Positions 50,675 to 57,825 of a stretch of DNA of 57,825 nucleotides are shown here, piece by piece (within the stretch, counting starts at the first letter, position 1; every line of letters begins with the position of its first letter). The stretch is from positions 34,520,689-34,578,513 of the forward strand of contig NC_068988.1 of the NCBI RefSeq assembly GCF_001194135.2, read 5' to 3'. The translations under genes were made by a program, and so were the position numbers. The notes beneath the pieces are model-generated. The model saw only the letters and a program-made list of their open reading frames with translations. It was not told the DNA's origin and made no database searches. The stretch is from Octopus bimaculoides (taxonomy: Eukaryota).

Positions 50675-51422
50675 AGAATGTTGTTTGCTTTTTAAATAAA
50701 TAGCACTTACTACATTGGTTGGGCCACTTGAAAAGGAAGGTTAAAGTAAATCTTCATGGGATTCAAACCAGTCAATTCAGTCCTCATTCAAAAAAACAAA
50801 AAAACAACAACAAAAAAAAACATGGGGGCCTAATTTTAATGTGAGACTAAATATATTCAGGTATCAGAGAATCTCTGTTTATTCATTGTATCATACTGTG
50901 TTGTCTGGCGTACACGTCCCCATAATATATAGCATAAACATGTAGTGTAAACATTCATACAGCGTCATTATTGTTTCAAATCTTGCTGCATTTCACATGG
51001 AATTCTTTGTCCTTTAAAGGTATCTGGTGTATAAGTTAGTATAACCATCTTGGTTGTAAATTTTGGTTCGGAAAATTTGATTTGTATACTGGAAGATATG
51101 GCACTCTGTTTACTAAGAACTCACTCAGTACCACCAAATGTGACTTAATTCAGAAACAAAGAAACATACGAATAGGTCACATTGAAAAGAAAAAAATCTA
51201 AGAAATACAAAAAAAAAAACAAAAGAATTTCCTTGCCCCTAAATATAAAAACAAAATAATACATATGCACATGTCAAACATGCACAGCTACATATACACA
51301 TAGACTATCTGTATTACAGGCATTACTACATATTTGCAGTGAATTAGATGTACAAAACAAACAAAACCCAAAGAGAGTGCTCATATTTCTCCATAGTTAT
51401 TCATACAAATATATATATATAC

Positions 51423-51455
<33 letters not shown>

Positions 51456-52187
51456 CATATATANNNNNNNNNNNNNNNNNNNNNNNNNNNNNNNNNNNNN
51501 NNNNNNNNNNNNNNNNNNNNNNNNNNNNNNNNNNNNNNNNNNNNNNNNNNNNNNNNNNNNNNNNNNNNNNNNNNNNNNNNNNNNNNNNNNNNNNNNNNNN
51601 NNNNNNNNNNNNNNNNNNNNNNNNNNNNNNNNNNNNNNNNNNNNNNNNNNNNNNNNNNNNNNNNNNNNNNNNNNNNNNNNNNNNNNNNNNNNNNNNNNNN
51701 NNNNNNNNNNNNNNNNNNNNNNNNNNNNNNNNNNNNNNNNNNNNNNNNNNNNNNNNNNNNNNNNNNNNNNNNNNNNNNNNNNNNNNNNNNNNNNNNNNNN
51801 NNNNNNNNNNNNNNNNNNNNNNNNNNNNNNNNNNNNNNNATATATAGTCCTTATCATTTAATGTCCTTGTTCCATGCCAGCATTATTTGGACAACTGCTT
51901 ATGTATGTATGTATGTATGTATGTATGTATCTATCTATCTATTTATCCGTCTGTGTGTGTGTGTGTGTGTATCAAAATGAATAGCAGGAGAACACTTACG
52001 TGATTACTTTCATTAAGTGACAGATGTTTGTGTTATAAAGGACTGTGTACCTAGAGTTGAGTATGAGCACAACATCTTATTGCTTCCTCAAATCCTTTTG
52101 AAGTATTTGTATACTGCAAAGTATATTGAGTTCTAACAAATGATTATTGGACTGCTATAGCTAAGCAGACTCGTCGGAAAAATGTCT

Positions 52188-52219
<32 letters not shown>

Positions 52220-52951
52220 AAATATATATATATATATATATATATGCGCACACATGTATGTATATATAGGTGTATATATGTATATATATACATATATGTA
52301 TATGCATATAGATATATATATACATATGTATACACATATAGATATATGTACATATATGCATATGCATACATATATATATATACATATATAGATATATATA
52401 CATATATATATACATATATGTACATATATATATATGTACATATATATATATATACATATATATGTACATATATATANNNNNNNNNNNNNNNNNNNNNNNN
52501 NNNNNNNNNNNNNNNNNNNNNNNNNNNNNNNNNNNNNNNNNNNNNNNNNNNNNNNNNNNNNNNNNNNNNNNNNNNNNNNNNNNNNNNNNNNNNNNNNNNN
52601 NNNNNNNNNNNNNNNNNNNNNNNNNNNNNNNNNNNNNNNNNNNNNNNNNNNNNNNNNNNNNNNNNNNNNNNNNNNNNNNNNNNNNNNNNNNNNNNNNNNN
52701 NNNNNNNNNNNNNNNNNNNNNNNNNNNNNNNNNNNNNNNNNNNNNNNNNNNNNNNNNNNNNNNNNNNNNNNNNNNNNNNNNNNNNNNNNNNNNNNNNNNN
52801 NNNNNNNNNNNNNNNNNNNNNNNNNNNNNNNNNNNNNNNNNNNNNNNNNNNNNNNNNNNNNNNNNNNNNNNNNNNNNNNNNNNNNNNNNNNNNNNNNNNN
52901 NNNNNNNNNNNNNNNNNNNNNNNNNNNNNNNNNNNNNNNNNNNNNNNNNNN

Positions 52952-52982
<31 letters not shown>

Positions 52983-52984
52983 TG

Positions 52985-53620
52985 CACCATCTGATGTGGC
53001 TTTTTTAAACCAGACAATGTTCTGAAATGACACCCACATAGATTGCACCTCCGATATGGACCACAAAGAACTGCAGATAAGTTCTGCTCTTTGTGGATCT
53101 TAAAATGTTTTGAGGCCTCCGTTGGATGTGCAAACCTTCTGGCATACACTGCATTCAAAAGTGTGCACTGACATACAGGTAGAATAGTTGGTGGAGGTTT
53201 GTTTTCTATGCATTCGCAAATGAGATTTGAGGCGAGCAAAAGACAGGCATGTTCTGTCACAGACTGTGCACGCAGAAAGGTCATTGTTATTTACCTTCTT
53301 GATCGTTACATTTTTCCTTAGCTTTCTTTTGAGTCTTACTTGTGTTATCGTGGCGTCTTCAAATGATTTCACTCCACTCCACTGAAGGTAGTGTGATTGA
53401 CTCGTCTCTCTCTCCAAATTTGTAGGCTCCTTTCTGTAGCTGATCTGCTTTCGGATCACCATCCCATTTCTTCCTTGTACTTTCTCTTGCTCAGATTCCT
53501 TCTATTGGACTACCTGTCACTTCTTCACTCAACTACTATTTGCCATGTACATCATGTCTATCCCAAATAGTCTTCTTTCTTGCATGCTGCATCCGCTTAC
53601 TCTTATACCCAGCTTTCCTC
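52985..53620 (-). pseudogene. Degenerate RTE-clade LINE 3' region with three C2H2 zinc fingers
   Basis: Broken frames give EGI*ARESTRKKWD-VIRKQ (GxRxRGRPRKTW-like), QWSGVKSFED..RLKRKLRK, then CTVCDRTCLSFARLKSHLRMH, FECSVCQKVCTSNGGLK/HFKIH and CNLCGCHFRTLSGLK.H. Confidence 0.75.
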
Positions 53621-55934
53621 TCAGCTCATCTGTGTGCTCTGCCATTTATTTGCACTAACATTATGCATCCACTGGGGCATGTTGGCTTTATTTGTTTTTA
53701 TTGTGTGCACATATTACCCATTCTGTGTCCATATTTTTCTACTATACAGCATCATACTTTGTAATCAAGTATCATACAATTTGTCCTTCACTTGGAAAGT
53801 GAATCCTTTTGATGCCAGCTGAGGTAATAACTCTTTGAACTTTCTCCTCCCTGTTCTTGCTCTGGCTGCTATGCATTCAAAGCATTCACCTCCACCGTTG
53901 TTTAGGTCACCTAGCTAATGGAAGTTATATAATAACCTCTATCATATGTCTCTCTCTCTCTCTCACCCATCTATCCGCGTTTATCCTTCTTTCACTGAAT
54001 CAGTCAGGTCAACCTGTCGCCAATCAGCTACAAGCCATGAATCGTTCTGTTCATCACTATAATCGTCAACCATTCTTCGCCAGCAGTTATCAATCCAATC
54101 CATCTATGCATTATCACAAGCCAGTTACAGTCAGCCATACAAAATGCTATAATCCCTGACATGCTTGCATCCTTATGCGCTCACACTTAATACACATGCA
54201 CATACACAAGATCTATATGCACATACACAGGATCTATATGCACACATTTATACACTTCTCTTATTTCTTTCTGTCATCATAATCCAGTTTTGATTTCTTT
54301 GAAGAATCAATCTCCCACACTCCTGTGAACTGTCGTGTGCATGTGATGGGGGAAAGGGATGAGAGGTAGTGGAGGTCTTCTGCTATCTGTCTTCAACTGC
54401 TTTCTCATATGACTGTCTGTCTGTCTATCTCTCCCTCTTCCTCTCACTATAGCTTGCCATATGTATGTCTGTCCTCTTGCCTCCTTCTCTATCATTTTCT
54501 CTTGTTCTTAGCTTTACTCTGTTCACCTATTTTATCTATCTCAGTTCCACCACTTCTCCCACTTCCGGCTATTCTTGAACTTTCAAATAACATCAACCAC
54601 CTTTTTCTTCCTTCCCTCCTCATCCCATTCATTCATTCTTTCATTCATTCATTCATTCGCTTATCGGGAGATTTTAGCACAGAACAATGAAGCTGTTGTA
54701 TATACAGCGAAACATAAATAACTGTATGTGTTTGTGTGTATTTATGGGAGCCATTTATGAGAAATTCCCTTACTTCACTATTGTCTCTGTAAAGGAAAAA
54801 GGATTCATTCCACTATAGTCTGCGTATCTATTATTGATACTAGCTATTATAATAGTTGGTACTACAACTAGTTGTATAATCACTGCTAGAAATAGCTACT
54901 AAATCTTTCTTGAATCTAACACCCTATTTATATTGAGAAACTAAGCTCACACTGCATTATGTAGTTGTAAGAACTCTTTAAGAAGGGTCATGTTTCGAAC
55001 AATTTTCATTATTGATCAGCTTTTCCAGAGCTGATCTATAGCTAAACACCAACTGATATAATTGTTTTTATGTCTACTTTGCCTTGCTTGTATGACTTCT
55101 TGTGTGGGGAAACAAATTAGCAATGCAGCGAAGTATTTACTGGTTCTTAATAAATATTAACTTTGCCCTGTGATTTGAGTATTTTTCCTTTCATTTGTGA
55201 ACAAAATATATAATTTTGTCTTAATGATTTTTACTTAAGCCTTTTACTCCCCATGGAACATAGACCATTGACAACGTTTTTCTCCATGCCTTGGTGGTTT
55301 TGAATTGTTACCAAAGCTTCTGTAACTCCCTTTTTCTTCTAGGTAGGAAAATTGGCTCTACACACATACACACTTGTGCATGTTCACGTGTACACATCTC
55401 TAAGAAAAGGTAGTCCATATATGCCTATCATCTATCCTTTGACTTGACCAGTATGGGAGGCACTATCAGGAGCTTGTGCACCACTGGCATAGCTCTCAGG
55501 GTCATAGAGGAACACAAGCTACCCCACTACAACAAGGAGTGGACTTGTAGTGGATATATTTCATAAGACAATGGATCCCAAGCCAGTGCAATTTGCTAAA
55601 TGCCTCAAGAAAAATTATCTTTTTAATAATGTGGTCTGCTTGATTATGGGTCATGTCTCATTTGGCCTGCTTCTCAAAAAAGGTTACTCATGCTGATCTC
55701 AAATGTTCCTTTCCAATGTGCAGTAAGATTTTGTTCTTGGATGGAAAAGTAGCAGTTGCCTATATACGGAAGTCTCTTTTCTCCATGTCACTGACATTGT
55801 CCAAGGGCAAGGTCAAGGGTCAGTAAAGTTTGATACCAATGTTGTCATAGTTCTTGCTATCAGAATGCAATGTGTCAGGACACATACTGCAAGGTGATAC
55901 CATCCGCTGATCTAGCAATTTTACCAGTTTGTAA

Positions 55935-56075
55935 CACTCTGGACAAGTGTGTGTATATTTATTGATCCTGAAATGTGGAGGTATGAAGTTCACCTTGGTA
56001 GAATTTGAACTCAGGGCATAGAGAGCCAAAACGAATACTAGAAGGCATTCTGTCAAACATTTGAACAACTCTGCC
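55935..56075 (-). mobile_element. SINE family B fragment, old
   Basis: gatcctgaaatgtggaggtatgaagttcaccttggtagaatttgaactcag...aactctgccagttt is a reverse-complement match. Confidence 0.55.
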
Positions 56076-56118
56076 AGTTTACTAACCTAAAACACATACC
56101 TACTCACCCACGCATACA

Positions 56119-56163
<45 letters not shown>

Positions 56164-56605
56164 TGTATGTAATGTAAGTATGCATATATGCACATGTATG
56201 AGTATGTGTGTATGTTAATGTAAATATGCAGGTGGGTATATGCATGTGTGCATAAATATATGTCCATCCATATTTCTGTCTATCTATGTGTATATATGTA
56301 TATACATGCATATAAACATATATGTATATATATATGGGTGAGTGTGTGTCTGTATATATATATATATATACAGATATAGGGCAGGGAGTAGCTTTATATT
56401 CTTAACCATGAAACGTCGTACATGATTAACCAAAGGCAGGTTTGTTTTTTTGTTTTCTCTTCTGTTTTTGTTCTATGTGTGCCATAAATATCGCCATCCG
56501 TTAGAGAAAAATTTGTAGTTTAGAATCAGTAGTTCTTTGACTGCTATTTCTAAATTTTCAGTATGTTGGTGAAGCAACTCATACTGACCCCTATATATTT
56601 ATGAT

Positions 56606-56636
<31 letters not shown>

Positions 56637-57358
56637 GGTAAATATTCATGTATGTATGTGTATGTAAATATTTATGTGATACACACACGTATAGTGTATG
56701 AATGTATACACATATATATGCATACACGTGCACTCACACACAAATCAACATATACATATTTTTGTATATTTTTGTTTATGTATATGTACATATGCATATA
56801 CATGCATACACGCTTTCTGTGTGTCCGTCTGTCTGTCTCTTTGTATTAATTGTGACCAATGTAGCTGACCCCACCGAGCTCTGCTTGCAGACACAGTGAT
56901 AGTGAGCGTCTGGTGTGGAAGGTGCAAGGTGATCATAAATTACCATAAGGTCACAAAGGTCAAATGATTGCCAGTAAATCTACCATTTACTAGTTTACAT
57001 TTGGAGATCCTGGCTGCTTCCAGACTGGACAGAAGACTGTAAATATGGATGACATATGAGAATTGTTCATCTGTGGAAACAATAGGAGAGAGTGGTGTAG
57101 GAGAGAGGTATTAGCGAATTATTAACAAAAGAAAGGGTGGGGAAGCAGTAAAAGTTATTGATCTCTTTTACATTAAGCAAGTTAGACCTCCTTCACTGCA
57201 AACTAATTTCTTGTATTTAGTATGCTGTACAACCAGTCCCCAACGCCTGTGGTGTTTCTTCCTACTTCTGTATTGTTAATATTCATAATCAGTGACACTA
57301 TATTCTCTCCATGTGTGTGCATCAATATATACACACACAACACACATACACATGTACG

Positions 57359-57394
<36 letters not shown>

Positions 57395-57825
57395 TATATA
57401 CACACGCACAGATATATATATATATATTTATAAATATATATACGTATAAATATATATATATAGATACACATATATATATACATGTACAAATATATATATA
57501 CATAAATATATATGTATGTATAAATATATATATACGTAAATATATATGTATAAATATATATATATACACAAATATATATATATATATATATATATGTATG
57601 AATATATATATACATAAATATATATATATATATATATGTATGAATATATATATACATAAAAATATATATGTATATATATCATCATATATATATATATATA
57701 TATATGTAAATATACAAGAATAACGGCAGGGAATCGTCAATTAATAATAGAATTAATAATTAACAATTTTGCCAAAATGGAAAATAACCAATTTTCAAGA
57801 ACTCGTATATATATATATATATATA

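Overview
AT-rich eukaryotic scaffold with ten N gaps, dense (TA)n/(CA)n/(TACA)n/(GA)n microsatellites and many short retroposons. The repeat types resemble those of an octopod cephalopod (Octopus-like); this is inferred from repeat recognition, not a database search. I could not recognise an intact host protein-coding exon, and most ORF-track entries are translated microsatellites or gaps. Supported content: at least five tRNA-headed SINE families (my working labels A-E), RTE-clade LINE remnants (two ending in three C2H2 zinc fingers), a mariner deletion derivative, several MITE/fold-back elements and a four-unit ~128-bp tandem array. The most interesting signal is decayed minimal type-I hammerhead-ribozyme cores (CUGAnGA...GAAA) in three separate back-to-back inverted pairs (17.9-18.3, 19.0-19.2 and 47.2-47.7 kb). 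One pair consists of tRNA-headed SINEs, suggesting ribozyme-bearing non-autonomous elements mobilised by Penelope-like machinery. Every hammerhead copy here is mutated, so activity is a hypothesis about the family consensus. Other highlights are a 70-bp hairpin whose only imperfections are G.U pairs and a dimeric SINE inside one 16-bp target-site duplication.
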